In this document: piece by piece, positions 28,241 through 39,200 of the stretch | How the letters are laid out: each line of letters begins with the position of its first letter | How positions within the stretch are numbered: the first letter of the stretch is position 1 | DNA from: Nitrososphaerota archaeon | GTDB lineage: Archaea > Thermoproteota > Nitrososphaeria > Nitrososphaerales > UBA213 | Assembly: GCA_002713325.1 (NCBI GenBank) | Contig: PAWD01000021.1 | Span: 15,535-79,534 of the forward strand | Direction of reading: 5' to 3' | DNA length: 64,000 nt | Notes under the pieces: model-generated | The model's database searches: none | Told to the model about the DNA's origin: nothing | Seen by the model: only the letters and a program-made list of their open reading frames with translations | Translations under genes and position numbers: made by a program

Positions 28241-31200
28241 TTGAATAGTAAAAAAATACAAAGTATTACATTGTCTGTAATACTATTAGCAAGCGGAATT
28301 ACAATAGCAGGCGCTTCCGCATTCTTGCCATCATCATATGAGCAAGAAGCAGAAGCCCAAGCTCAGACATTATCATTATCAGTTTCAGGCGCAGCAAACG
28401 AAAAGTACGATAACCATTTCTTTGCAATGAACATTCAAGAAATCATAATTAATGACCCTGGTGCCAGAGATTCAGATAAGCAGACTGTAACTCTCCAAGT
28501 TCGTGGAGAAACAGTTCCAAGAGTACATCTTGCAGACGGTCTTTGGTATCAATTCACCGCAGAAGAGGATACATTCGGAATTTACATGGATCTTCTTTCT
28601 GATGGTGCAAGGGACAGCAATATTGCAGTAGCAGATACAACTCCAGCAGATACTTCAAAGCAGATAGGACTTGAAACATATACAATTAAGACTAATACTA
28701 ATGCAGTAGGCACTGTAGTAGCCGCAAGTTGGATTAGAGAAATAACTGGAGCATCAACTATACAGGACGGATTTACTTACATAGAAGTAGATCAGACTAA
28801 GGTGTTCCGATCAGTTCCTAACCCAATATTTGAAACTGCAACTACATTGAATTATGATCTAGAACTAACAGGCAAACCAGCTGATATCGTTGGAAACAAC
28901 GATGGACTTTGTGAAATTGCAGAGTTCAATTTGGCTGATACCGACTGTGACTGGCCATACATAAGACTGATTCCACTTAACGAAAATGAAAGTCTTCTTG
29001 TACAAGCTGGCTCACAAAGTGTAGTTCTATCATTCTCTTCAATGGAAGATTCTATCACTTCAACACTAAACAGATCAGCATACCCTGTAAATTCAGAAAT
29101 TGCATACAAATTCTGTGACTTCATGTGGAATACTAATCCAGAAGAAGTTGACCAATTGTGGTTCGTTTTGAACAGAGATACTGGTGTACCAACCAAAGTT
29201 CTTAACTCTCTTAGAGGAGGTATAGCAAAGCAAGATATACTTCCTATAATGACAGCACTTGAATTTGATCCAAGACAAGTCTTAGAGATTGATCCTGAAG
29301 GTGTCAGCTCTATAAAATGGATATTTGCATATTCAACAGCTATAGGTTCAGAAGTGAACTTTGTAGCAGACAGTCCACCATTCCTTCTGAAAGCAGAGAA
29401 TGGTAAATTGGTATCAGAATTCGATGCAGTAACAACAGTATACAAACCAGGTCAAGCAACAGCTGCAACAAACTCAGATGGCACGGCTTGGACAAATCCT
29501 GCAGGTGATCTCTTACCAGTAGTAAGAATCAATGAAGGATCTGCCAATCCAAACTCAGGCTGCTTTAATACTGGACAGGCAGGAAAGGGTAGTAAAACTA
29601 CACTATATGCCGGTTCTAGGGATAGAGTGGCATCATTCGACTACTTTGACGTTATAAACAGCGCAGCAATTCAGGCCAACCATGGTTTCGTTACCGTTGA
29701 CGCAGAAGTATACAATTCAGCAGACAGAGCAGTATTCACTGTAACAGATCCTGATCAGAACTTAAGGACCTCAGTAGTAGAGGAACCATCAGCAATAATG
29801 TCAAACACATTTGTAAAAATTGGAACGCCTTACCCACTAGGTAACAACCCAGTGTTTAAGGACAACTTTGGTAAACAAACAGTTAACTATCAACCAGGAG
29901 CAAATACTGACTTTAACTTCGCATCAACCGCCATAGGCGGTGTAGATGGTACAAACTTCGACAGAATGCTTAACAACCTGGTAACCAACCAATTGGCTCC
30001 AATAAGGGAAGCAGCAATGTTGTTTGAAATAGATCCAGATGATCCTCTACAGGATTCAGCTGATGAAATTGAAGCAATACTGAATGGACCTAGTGCATTT
30101 GCACTTACAGATGTTACTGGTTACGATGCAGCTGGAACCGTAGTTGCAGATAACCTTGCAGTAGGAGCACTCGGTAGTTTCAAATTCGTTAGAATAAATT
30201 CAGATACACAGATAGTTCAAATGGATATGAACAAGAATGGAAAAATTGACTTAGACGGTAATGTACTTACAGGTGACATAATAATGATGGCGACTGAGCA
30301 TGCTACAGCAAGTATAACTGATATCAAAGACGCAGTACCAGCAGATTCAGCACGTGATGGAAGAACACAGAAAACAGGATTAGACTTCGCAACTGCAGGA
30401 CTCGGAGCTACTCCAGACAGACCATCTGCTATAATCATAAACAGTCAAGTAACACTGAAAGACTTGAACAAGTTTACAACATTCACTGCTTTAGGAACAC
30501 AAATAGTTAACAATGGTTTAGTTGGTAACTCATATGGTCTACAAGGACAAGCATTCCCAGTAGATCCAATGGTTGCAGCTACAGCAATATTCACAAACGC
30601 AGCCGGTACTATAGTAAACAAAGGTAGTGTAACAAATACTACTGCAATATACACTGTTGATCTTCCTGAGTACAACTTAATTCGTGCAGAATTAGGTGAG
30701 CTAAAGGTAACTACAGAAGCTACTTCGTCAGATAGTTTAAGTACAGTAGCAGTTCAGATGGAAGCTATTTGCCCAACAACAAAATGTACCAATGGTATGC
30801 AAGTGAGTCAACTTGTTGACTTTACTCCATTTGGCACACTAGATGTAACGGCAACATCAGCAACAGGAACTGTTACCCACCTTCCTTCAACAAAGGCAGG
30901 TACAGGTAGCTTTAGAGTAGTTGACTTCTTAACTACCGACTGGGACGCAGACGGTGTGCTTTGGCCAACAGATACAGACGAACCATTTGAGTTCATAACA
31001 CTAAGATTCACAGTAATGACAATAGGTCTAAACTCTGGACAACATGAAAACGAAGCATCAGAATTAATCACTATAGGTAATCAAGTAATGGGAATTGATG
31101 TAATTGGTTTGGTAACAGTCATACCACCCCCAGTAGTAGCTGGAGGAACATCAACATACCCAGCTTCAAGAACTATAGATGAAATAACTATGGTGTCAGT

Positions 31201-34045
31201 AGAAAACATTGTGTACAGAGTACAAGTTAAGGAAGAAGGACCAAATTCAAGTGTCTTTAGTGGAAGAATGGACTTTATGACAGTAAACCAATTCGACACA
31301 GTACAGAACGCATTACAGGACATCGTGTTCTCTGGTGACCCTGTAAAGGCAATAATGCCAAACAGGTTTATACCACCAAACAGATTAGCATTCATAAACA
31401 CTGACCTGAACGTTATGCAAGGATTCAGAGGTGTCGGTGCTACATTTATCTACGAAACAAGTGACGGATCGGTAGAATGGAACAAGAGTGCATTCTCATT
31501 TGGACAAGGTGGATTCGTAACAGTAACTGATGAAGATCTTAACAGAAGACCAGATGCTACAGAAAGATATAACATGCCAGAAGGAGGCTTCGTATTCTTC
31601 GAACTTGGTAAACAGAGAGTACTTGACGAAACACTAAACGCAGTGGATATGGACTTTAACTCTAGAGTGCACAAAACATTACTAGAGACAGGTCCAAACA
31701 CTGGAACATTCGTCGGAAAAATCTCAATGCCAAAGACTATAAACATATCAACAGCATCTGGACTTGATAAAATACAAGGTACAGCTGACGATACAGCAGC
31801 AGCTCAGACTACACAACAACGTGATCTTGAAGTTAATTACATTGACATAAGAGACAGATCATCAGTGAGACAAGAATTTGATAGTGTAGCTAACATACGA
31901 ACAACACTTGGTGACGTTGTTCTTGATAGATCAGCGCTCCCACCAGGTTCGTTAATGTTCGTTGAAATACATGACAACGACCACAATACTTCTGGTGCAG
32001 TAAGAAATACCATAGATCTAAGGACTATGGTTATCAAAGATACAACTACTTCAAGTTCTGGATGGGGTGTACAAGCTGAAGGAACATCATTAACAACATT
32101 CCCAGCCGCATGTGACACATTCACAGAAGATGTAACTGCTTCATGTGATAATGCTGCCCCAATAATGGAAATAACTATCTTCAACAATGCAGGAAAGTTA
32201 GTTTCAATGTTGCCAGCAGGATTACTTGATTTAGCTGCAGCAGGAACTTCAGGTATCACAGCAGCGACTGCATTAAATGAGGAATATGGTACAGGTATAG
32301 TTACTGGAGCAGGTACATATGCTATATTACCAATACTCAACAGAGATGGTTTAGTAGTAACAGAGGCAATTGAGACAGGACCAAACACTGGTATATTTGA
32401 GTTTGAAGTTAGGATGCCAGGTCCAACAAAAGATGCAAGATTCCCTGTTACCTTGCCGTCAGTACTCACTACAGGAACATTAGCAAATCCAATCATTAAA
32501 TCTAACCAACCAATACAGGTAACATACACTGATCCAGCAGACGAAGCTGGTGAGACAGAAGACGAAGAAGAATTAGCAACATTCTTGACTAACACTGCAA
32601 GAGTAATGACAGACAAACTAGAGTATGGTCTTGGAGATAGAATAGAAATAATAATAGAAGAACCAGACTTCAACTTAGATAGCAGAGCAGTAGATGAAGT
32701 CGCATTCAGTATATTAGATCTTGTAACTGACAAGTTTGATACTGAGTTCGGTGCAGATTCATCGACTACTGACTTTGGAACAGTAATTAATTCTATCACA
32801 AATCTCAGAACTAATCTAACAAAGTTCAGAGAAACAGACTTTAACTCAGGAGTATTCGTCGTTGCTATAGAAGAGCTAGTCAATGAATTAATTGATAGAG
32901 GAGAAACAGGAAGATTACTATACTTCGATAAGACGCCATCTGGTGGTGGTGCTGAAATTAGAGTTCAGTACACATTCATGGTGGTATCTATATTACCGGA
33001 GATAGTCTTCGACAAAGAAGAGTATACGCCATTTGACGAGATAGTAATAAGGATTGTATCTCCAGACAGTAACAACGATCCAGATAGAATAGAAACAATC
33101 AGTCCATTGATATCAAGTTCATCAGAATCACTTGGTAGGAAGAGTCTCCCTGAAACAGGTCCTAACACAGGAATATTTGAGGAAGATTTCCACCTAACAC
33201 CAAAGAAGACATTATTCCAAGGTGACCTCACAGCAATAAGAGAAGATGGTATAACAGTAGAGTTCAGAATTGACTCTGATACAGTAGCAACAAAGTCAGT
33301 GTTCATTAACTATCATGTTGGACAGGTAATGTTCGACAAAGATGCCTTTGCAGTAGCTGAAAGAGGTGTCTTAAGAGTTATTGATCCTGATGCAAACAAT
33401 CATCCAGACACAATCGATACATTGAATGTACGATTCTGGTCCACTACTGATCGTGGTGGTTTACTGGTAACCTTGAGAGAGACTGGAGACAGAACAGGAA
33501 TATTTGAAGAAATTATAACATTCACACCAGATGAAGAAAGTTCTGGAACAAGATTGAGAGTAAGTGAGGGTGATACTGTAACAGCAAAATACACTGACAA
33601 TACACTTCCAGCTCCAGCATCATTAGATGCTAATTCAGTATACACTGTAGAAATAGAAGAGCTATTTGCAAGCGCCTTGATAGGTGCATTAGTATCCCCG
33701 ATGGATCGTGCAGTAGCATCAGAACCCGCGCTAGTAGATCAGACAGGTGCAACCTTGACAGATGTATCAGCAGGTTCGCAAGTGTTGATACAGAGCAAGA
33801 TAACAAACGCGCAGACAAAGAAACAATCATTTGCATACATAGTACAGATAAAAGACAACAGTGGAGTTACGGTATCTCTATCATGGATGACCGGTGAACT
33901 ACCTTCCAAGGATTCACTAGCAGCGGCTCAATCATGGATACCAGAAGTATCAGGTGAATACATCGTAGAAGTATTCGTCTGGATAAGTATTGACAATCCA
34001 AGTGCTCTATCACCAGTAAGAACATTAACAACAACAATCACGTAA
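28241..34045 (+). CDS. Giant acidic secreted protein, probable S-layer / major surface protein
   Basis: 1,934-aa ORF. TTG is the only start available (in-frame stop at 28190). Signal sequence KIQSITLSVILLASGITIAGASA. Thr/Asp/Glu/Asn-rich with almost no Cys. Five modules end in ETG.N[TS]G.F-like motifs (31685, 32372, 32831, 33152, 33479). Followed by a double stop and a C-run/oligo-T signal. Confidence 0.75.
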   Translation: MNSKKIQSITLSVILLASGITIAGASAFLPSSYEQEAEAQAQTLSLSVSGAANEKYDNHFFAMNIQEIIINDPGARDSDKQTVTLQVRGETVPRVHLADGLWYQFTAEEDTFGIYMDLLSDGARDSNIAVADTTPADTSKQIGLETYTIKTNTNAVGTVVAASWIREITGASTIQDGFTYIEVDQTKVFRSVPNPIFETATTLNYDLELTGKPADIVGNNDGLCEIAEFNLADTDCDWPYIRLIPLNENESLLVQAGSQSVVLSFSSMEDSITSTLNRSAYPVNSEIAYKFCDFMWNTNPEEVDQLWFVLNRDTGVPTKVLNSLRGGIAKQDILPIMTALEFDPRQVLEIDPEGVSSIKWIFAYSTAIGSEVNFVADSPPFLLKAENGKLVSEFDAVTTVYKPGQATAATNSDGTAWTNPAGDLLPVVRINEGSANPNSGCFNTGQAGKGSKTTLYAGSRDRVASFDYFDVINSAAIQANHGFVTVDAEVYNSADRAVFTVTDPDQNLRTSVVEEPSAIMSNTFVKIGTPYPLGNNPVFKDNFGKQTVNYQPGANTDFNFASTAIGGVDGTNFDRMLNNLVTNQLAPIREAAMLFEIDPDDPLQDSADEIEAILNGPSAFALTDVTGYDAAGTVVADNLAVGALGSFKFVRINSDTQIVQMDMNKNGKIDLDGNVLTGDIIMMATEHATASITDIKDAVPADSARDGRTQKTGLDFATAGLGATPDRPSAIIINSQVTLKDLNKFTTFTALGTQIVNNGLVGNSYGLQGQAFPVDPMVAATAIFTNAAGTIVNKGSVTNTTAIYTVDLPEYNLIRAELGELKVTTEATSSDSLSTVAVQMEAICPTTKCTNGMQVSQLVDFTPFGTLDVTATSATGTVTHLPSTKAGTGSFRVVDFLTTDWDADGVLWPTDTDEPFEFITLRFTVMTIGLNSGQHENEASELITIGNQVMGIDVIGLVTVIPPPVVAGGTSTYPASRTIDEITMVSVENIVYRVQVKEEGPNSSVFSGRMDFMTVNQFDTVQNALQDIVFSGDPVKAIMPNRFIPPNRLAFINTDLNVMQGFRGVGATFIYETSDGSVEWNKSAFSFGQGGFVTVTDEDLNRRPDATERYNMPEGGFVFFELGKQRVLDETLNAVDMDFNSRVHKTLLETGPNTGTFVGKISMPKTINISTASGLDKIQGTADDTAAAQTTQQRDLEVNYIDIRDRSSVRQEFDSVANIRTTLGDVVLDRSALPPGSLMFVEIHDNDHNTSGAVRNTIDLRTMVIKDTTTSSSGWGVQAEGTSLTTFPAACDTFTEDVTASCDNAAPIMEITIFNNAGKLVSMLPAGLLDLAAAGTSGITAATALNEEYGTGIVTGAGTYAILPILNRDGLVVTEAIETGPNTGIFEFEVRMPGPTKDARFPVTLPSVLTTGTLANPIIKSNQPIQVTYTDPADEAGETEDEEELATFLTNTARVMTDKLEYGLGDRIEIIIEEPDFNLDSRAVDEVAFSILDLVTDKFDTEFGADSSTTDFGTVINSITNLRTNLTKFRETDFNSGVFVVAIEELVNELIDRGETGRLLYFDKTPSGGGAEIRVQYTFMVVSILPEIVFDKEEYTPFDEIVIRIVSPDSNNDPDRIETISPLISSSSESLGRKSLPETGPNTGIFEEDFHLTPKKTLFQGDLTAIREDGITVEFRIDSDTVATKSVFINYHVGQVMFDKDAFAVAERGVLRVIDPDANNHPDTIDTLNVRFWSTTDRGGLLVTLRETGDRTGIFEEIITFTPDEESSGTRLRVSEGDTVTAKYTDNTLPAPASLDANSVYTVEIEELFASALIGALVSPMDRAVASEPALVDQTGATLTDVSAGSQVLIQSKITNAQTKKQSFAYIVQIKDNSGVTVSLSWMTGELPSKDSLAAAQSWIPEVSGEYIVEVFVWISIDNPSALSPVRTLTTTIT

Positions 34046-34056
34046 TAACCGCACAA

Positions 34057-34077
34057 CCCCCTTTTCTTTTTATTTTT
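34057..34077 (+). terminator. C5 run plus oligo-T terminator after the giant gene
   Basis: CCCCC TTTTCTTTTTATTTTT begins 12 nt after TAATAA. Confidence 0.5.
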
Positions 34078-34340
34078 GAACATATACTAATGTAAATTAA
34101 ATTTTTCATGAATTTATTTTAAAAAAATATATTGGCATCACAATTATCATCATTATCATCCCTAACTTTCTTCTTTTTCAATAAATCTAATTCTATCTTA
34201 ATTAAGTTCATATTTATTTACTCAAAAAATTACATCGTACGAGAGTTTTCATTTTTTATTCATGTCTATATTAGATGTTTATGAATATCTAGAATGTTTT
34301 TATTCTACTATTGAACCAATCAGTAGAAGAGAAATGTTAA

Positions 34341-35378
34341 ATGTATAAATACAAATATGTAATAATTATAACTGTAATTATTTTCTTATTTTTATCACCA
34401 TTAAATGAATCGTTTTCTCAGTCATTAACGTCAAGCACAAACCAGAAAACATATGTAGCAAGGGATACACTTGTAGTATTTGGTAAAAGTATACCAAATG
34501 ATTCACTTATTGCAGAATTATTCAGCCCAGGAGGATCTCTAATATTACGAACACAGATAGATGTAGGAGTAGAAGGAAGCTTTTCAAAGATATTGATGGT
34601 ATGGCCTACATTCTTCAGTAAAGAATTATCGTTTGGTACTTATACATTAGTCCTAACATCAAGTATAAATGAAAAATTAAAATCCAATTTAGTATTTAGG
34701 TTTGCAGATATTTCAACCCCAATAGTGGATCAGGAAAGAAAATTGGACTTACAAGTATCAATTCTACCACATATAGGTAAGAATGAAATCACTCAGATGA
34801 TAGTTGAAATCTCTATAAATGGTGTACTTGTAAAGGGAAATGCGGATGACACGCTTAAGGGTTCTCGTATATACTATCCTGACAGGAGTGTAACTCCTTT
34901 GGATAATTTTACTACCATCCATGATGGTATATATTTGGCAAATTTTAGTAGTATTATGTTAGGACATCATACAATTCATATTCAGGCATTTTACCAAGGC
35001 ATGTTAGCAAACGATGCACATGGAATTTTCGTTGAAGAGGGCCCAATTCTTTCGTTGGGAAAAGAGATCAATAATGTAAATGAAAATCTTAAAAAGTTAA
35101 GGGAAGAAACGATCAAGAATAACAACCAACTTGCAGAGAAAATTATAGAGAGTAACAATCAACTTGCAGAGATGGACAACCAACTTGCAGAGGAAATTAC
35201 AAAGAGGAACAACCAACTTGTAGAGACTGACAAACAACTTGCAAGTGCTGTTGAGGAGGTCGGTAAAGCAAGTGGTCAAGTATCTTCCTTGCTTTTACCC
35301 ATAATGGGAATGATTGTTGTTATAATCGCTTTACAGGCAACTATACTCTCTAGGCGGAGTAAACAGAACGATAAATAA
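34341..35378 (+). CDS. Type-I membrane-anchored surface protein with beta-sandwich head and NNQLAE coiled-coil stalk
   Basis: 345 aa. N-terminal signal/anchor, then five N(N/D)QLAE-type repeats (aa ~258-300), then a C-terminal TM helix LLLPIMGMIVVIIALQATIL followed by RRSK. Confidence 0.7.
   Translation: MYKYKYVIIITVIIFLFLSPLNESFSQSLTSSTNQKTYVARDTLVVFGKSIPNDSLIAELFSPGGSLILRTQIDVGVEGSFSKILMVWPTFFSKELSFGTYTLVLTSSINEKLKSNLVFRFADISTPIVDQERKLDLQVSILPHIGKNEITQMIVEISINGVLVKGNADDTLKGSRIYYPDRSVTPLDNFTTIHDGIYLANFSSIMLGHHTIHIQAFYQGMLANDAHGIFVEEGPILSLGKEINNVNENLKKLREETIKNNNQLAEKIIESNNQLAEMDNQLAEEITKRNNQLVETDKQLASAVEEVGKASGQVSSLLLPIMGMIVVIIALQATILSRRSKQNDK
35121..35245 (+). repeat. Five imperfect copies of AACAACCAACTTGCAGAG within CDS 34341..35378
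   Basis: Copies start at 35121, 35153, 35176, 35208 and 35229 and encode NNQLAE/DNQLAE/NNQLVE/DKQLAS. Confidence 0.85.
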
Positions 35379-35480
35379 CGTCTCAACGATTACGGATTCA
35401 TTTGACTTAATTCAAATTTACACTATTGTATGCAAATGATAGCTTTACACTTTAAGTTACAAAAATTATGATTTATCTTA

Positions 35481-36227
35481 ATGAAACTTTTAGCAGGTTT
35501 AAGTGTAACTCTGGGTGTCATGCTTCTATTATCTACAATGGCAAATGTGTCATATGCAGATAACAATGTTAAGGTATATGCCAAAGAGGTACAGGGTAAG
35601 ATATTATTACTTGTAAGGAATACAAGCGATTTCAATCTACATGAACTTACTATAGCATTGGTTGATGGTAAGATAGATTCTGCAAGAAGTAAGGGATGGT
35701 ATGTATCATATGACTCTATAAATCAGATAACTGTATCAGCAAACTCTATATCTCCCAATGGAAAAGAAACTTTCCTCATAAATACGAAAAATATCAATTC
35801 TATAATATCATTAACTGCTAAAGATGGAACTGGATCCATAGTAGCCGTGGATAATACAAGAGCAGTACTAAAACGAACTCTGAATAATATGTATGATTTA
35901 GATACACTATCTACCAAGATGGCATTGGTTACAACAGTTACAACAGATAAGATCTTTTACAATAAAGGTGAAAAGATGTTAATATCTGGTGTTCTAAAAC
36001 CCAATTCGGATATAATAATAACGATTTACACACCTTCTGGACAGAATATAATGATAGGAGAAAAGACAGATCAGAATGGTAATTTCAAAGCTTTACATGT
36101 TCTTCATGATGTAGATGAAAGAGGTAAAAATAAAGAAATGATTGGTACATATATAGTAAATGCAAGTGAACCTATTGATTTATTCGACAATTTTTCATAT
36201 GTCGAAACAACTTTCAAGGTTATTTGA
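35481..36227 (+). CDS. Secreted protein with C-terminal beta-sandwich module
   Basis: 248 aa. Signal peptide MKLLAGLSVTLGVMLLLSTMANVSYA. Module DKIFYNKGEKMLISGVL...TDQNGNF...GTYIV. Confidence 0.65.
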   Translation: MKLLAGLSVTLGVMLLLSTMANVSYADNNVKVYAKEVQGKILLLVRNTSDFNLHELTIALVDGKIDSARSKGWYVSYDSINQITVSANSISPNGKETFLINTKNINSIISLTAKDGTGSIVAVDNTRAVLKRTLNNMYDLDTLSTKMALVTTVTTDKIFYNKGEKMLISGVLKPNSDIIITIYTPSGQNIMIGEKTDQNGNFKALHVLHDVDERGKNKEMIGTYIVNASEPIDLFDNFSYVETTFKVI

Positions 36228-36282
36228 TTAAATTTATTTCAAGTTAGATAAGAATAAAAATTAGTTAATATTTAAATTATGT

Positions 36283-39200
36283 GTGTATATTACGATTATA
36301 AATTACAAGGTAATTTCGATCATATTATCAGCTATACTACTTGGTGGATTTCTTCAAGTACAAAACGCAATTGCATTATACGAAAATGACTCTCTTAATA
36401 ATGTAATACCTAACGATTTTCCGTTACGAACAAGCTCAGAACTACTTGATCTCTCTACATCTGATATATCTTATAATTCTGATGTGATAAGAGTTATGAT
36501 CAAGGGTCATGGTAAAGCAGAGAATATTAATGATCTAGCTCATATAACGCACCAGCTAAAGACTAAGGATGGTTACATAGCATTTGGAACAACAACGACT
36601 CTGAATCTACCATTACTGCGATCACAGGGATTAGAGGTCATAAATGATGTTAGACTTGATTTCGATCAGGTAAAGGAAGCATCTCGTGTGGGAGAAATAC
36701 TTGGATCAGAATTTGCAAGTAAAGATTTTGGTGTTACAGGTAAGGATGTAAAAGTAGCTATAGTAGATACTGGTACAGATTTTTCCAACAAGGATCTTAT
36801 GCACGCGGTAGCAAGGGATGTAGACGGTAAACCTATAATGCTGGATGCTGACGGTCAGGGAATTGTTCTAACGAAGACTAAGTTCATTGCAAATATAACT
36901 CCAGGGGGAATATTGATGAACAGTACACTACCAAATGATGCGGATGAATTTACTGGCAATGTTTACATAACAGATGATGGTGTCTTCCTTAATCTACAAC
37001 ATCAAACTAATGGAACGAAGTTCGAGATTTATAATTCCATATATCCATTGGTATCACCGCTTATACTTAATGCAACTTCAAATAAGGACTGGAAGATAGG
37101 AGAAGATAGCACTGACTTCATACGATCAAAGAGTGATACATATCATATGGGTTTCGTCCTACAGGTACAATTCCATCTTGGTAGAGCCGGTTTGATCATA
37201 GTACCAGTACTTGTAGTTGATAGCGAGAAAGCGGGTGTATACGATACAATAATTGGTGATATGTCATCTTCATGGGCTGACTTTAGTAAATTTGAATTGA
37301 AGAAAAGCGACGCGGAATTCGATTTTTCATTTACTGATGAAGAACATATAAAACTTGGTAATAATAATGAGTCTCTTATCTACGATGCTGATAAAGATGG
37401 TAGTATTGATCTGTCTGCGGGTATGGTAGGAGCGTATGTATTGGATGTCTGGGGTGCATTAGAGGAAGACGACAAGGCCGAGATTGACGATTATCTTGGT
37501 GCAATTAATGGAACTCTTGCAAAACCTATTGATCCAAATGGCCGATATTTTGGTATGATGTTCGACTTTCTTGGTCATGGAACCAGTAGTGCAGCAAGTA
37601 TTGCTTCACGTGGTCAGGAGCTATATGATATTTACAATAACTCCACAGAATATAGGTTGAAGGGAGCAGCACCAGATACAAAGATAATACCTGTCAAAGC
37701 ACTGTGGTATGGTGATATAGTTTATGGATGGTTGTGGGCATCGGGCTTTGACCAGGAAGAAAACGATCACTGGTATTATACTGGAAGGCACAGAGCTGAT
37801 ATAATAAATAATAGCTGGGGCATCTCCAAGTTCCCGGTTCTTGACTATGGTCCAGGATACGATGTGGTAAGCATACTTTCAAGTTTACTAAGCGTTCCTG
37901 GTACTTTCAATGAGTCATTTCCTGGCACGTTAATGGTGAATAGTGCCGGTAATACTGGCTTTGGTTATGGTACGCTTGGACCACCTAGCAGCTCCCCATT
38001 TGCACTTACAGTCGGCGCAACTACAAACAATGTATTTGTGGGATATGGTTTCACCAAGGAAGAACCCAGGTTTGGAAACAGTACGACTTTCTACGACGAT
38101 ATTGCTCAATTCTCCAGTCGTGGGCCCAGCATGTTTGGTGATGTTAAACCAGAAGTTATGAGTGTAGGTGCCTATGGATTTGTACCTTTACCAGTAAACG
38201 CAAAACATAGAATAAACGCAACAGGTCCATTTGGACTATTCGGCGGTACCAGCATGGCAGCACCACTTACAGCGGGCGCAGCTGCACTTGTAATGGAAGC
38301 TTTGAAAAACGAAGAGATGGAAGTCAATCCATTCATCATTAAATCAATATTGATGTCCACAGCCAGTGACCTAGGAAGCGATCCTTTTACACAAGGATCA
38401 GGTAAGGTAGATGTTTCTAACGCTATTGATTACATAAAGGGAGGAGATAGAAGGTTCCTAGTTTATACCAATGACACTTATCATAATATTGCCGGCTTAC
38501 TGAAGAAACCAATCGAAAGTTACGAGTTTAATAATTTTGTAAATGATGTAATATTGCCGGAAAGAGAATTTCAGAATACGAAATGGTATGCAGAGTATGT
38601 GAACAGTAATAGTAGCAAAGAAACAACCTTCACGGTTGAGAATCGTTCAGACAGAGCGTTCACTGTTGATATACAACCCACGACGTTGCATCTCTTAAAA
38701 GAGCATAGAATCAATGGCACAACTGATGTAAGGAAGAAGGATCCTGTATTGAATAGTAATACTACAGGCTTTGCACCAAATTATATCAACCTCAGTGAAA
38801 AAATGAAGATTCCTGAGGATACAGAAGTTATTGTAGTCAAGGCATATTTCCCATTCGAATCATTCCTTAATTCTACAGAAACGATCTATGCAGACTCTCT
38901 CAGGATAGCGTCTCTCTACTTCTACGACTGGAACGACAAAAATGATGATCAGGAAGTATCATTCAACGAACTAAGTATGGTGAATAGGGGTGGTAGTTGG
39001 GGTACGGTGCAGGAGGTTACAATCAGGGATCCATTGAATAGGATACAGCATACACCGTTGATAGGTATTTACCCAGTACCAACACTCTACTCCTACTGGA
39101 GCGGTAACACAAATCAGAATAGCACAGCAATGAACTATACTCTTTCCGTTGCATTCTACAAGAAGAGTCCATGGGAAGTCCTGTCTATTGACACTGAAAA

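Noticed and set aside
31837-32883. 348-aa ORF on the minus strand inside the giant surface-protein gene (plus several other 60-200-aa antisense ORFs between 28852 and 33836).
   Set aside because: It is fully embedded antisense to a far longer ORF that has a signal peptide and repeat structure. Its Ser/Val/Asn-rich low-complexity translation is what the reverse complement of Thr/Asp/Glu-rich codons produces. No start context or motif.
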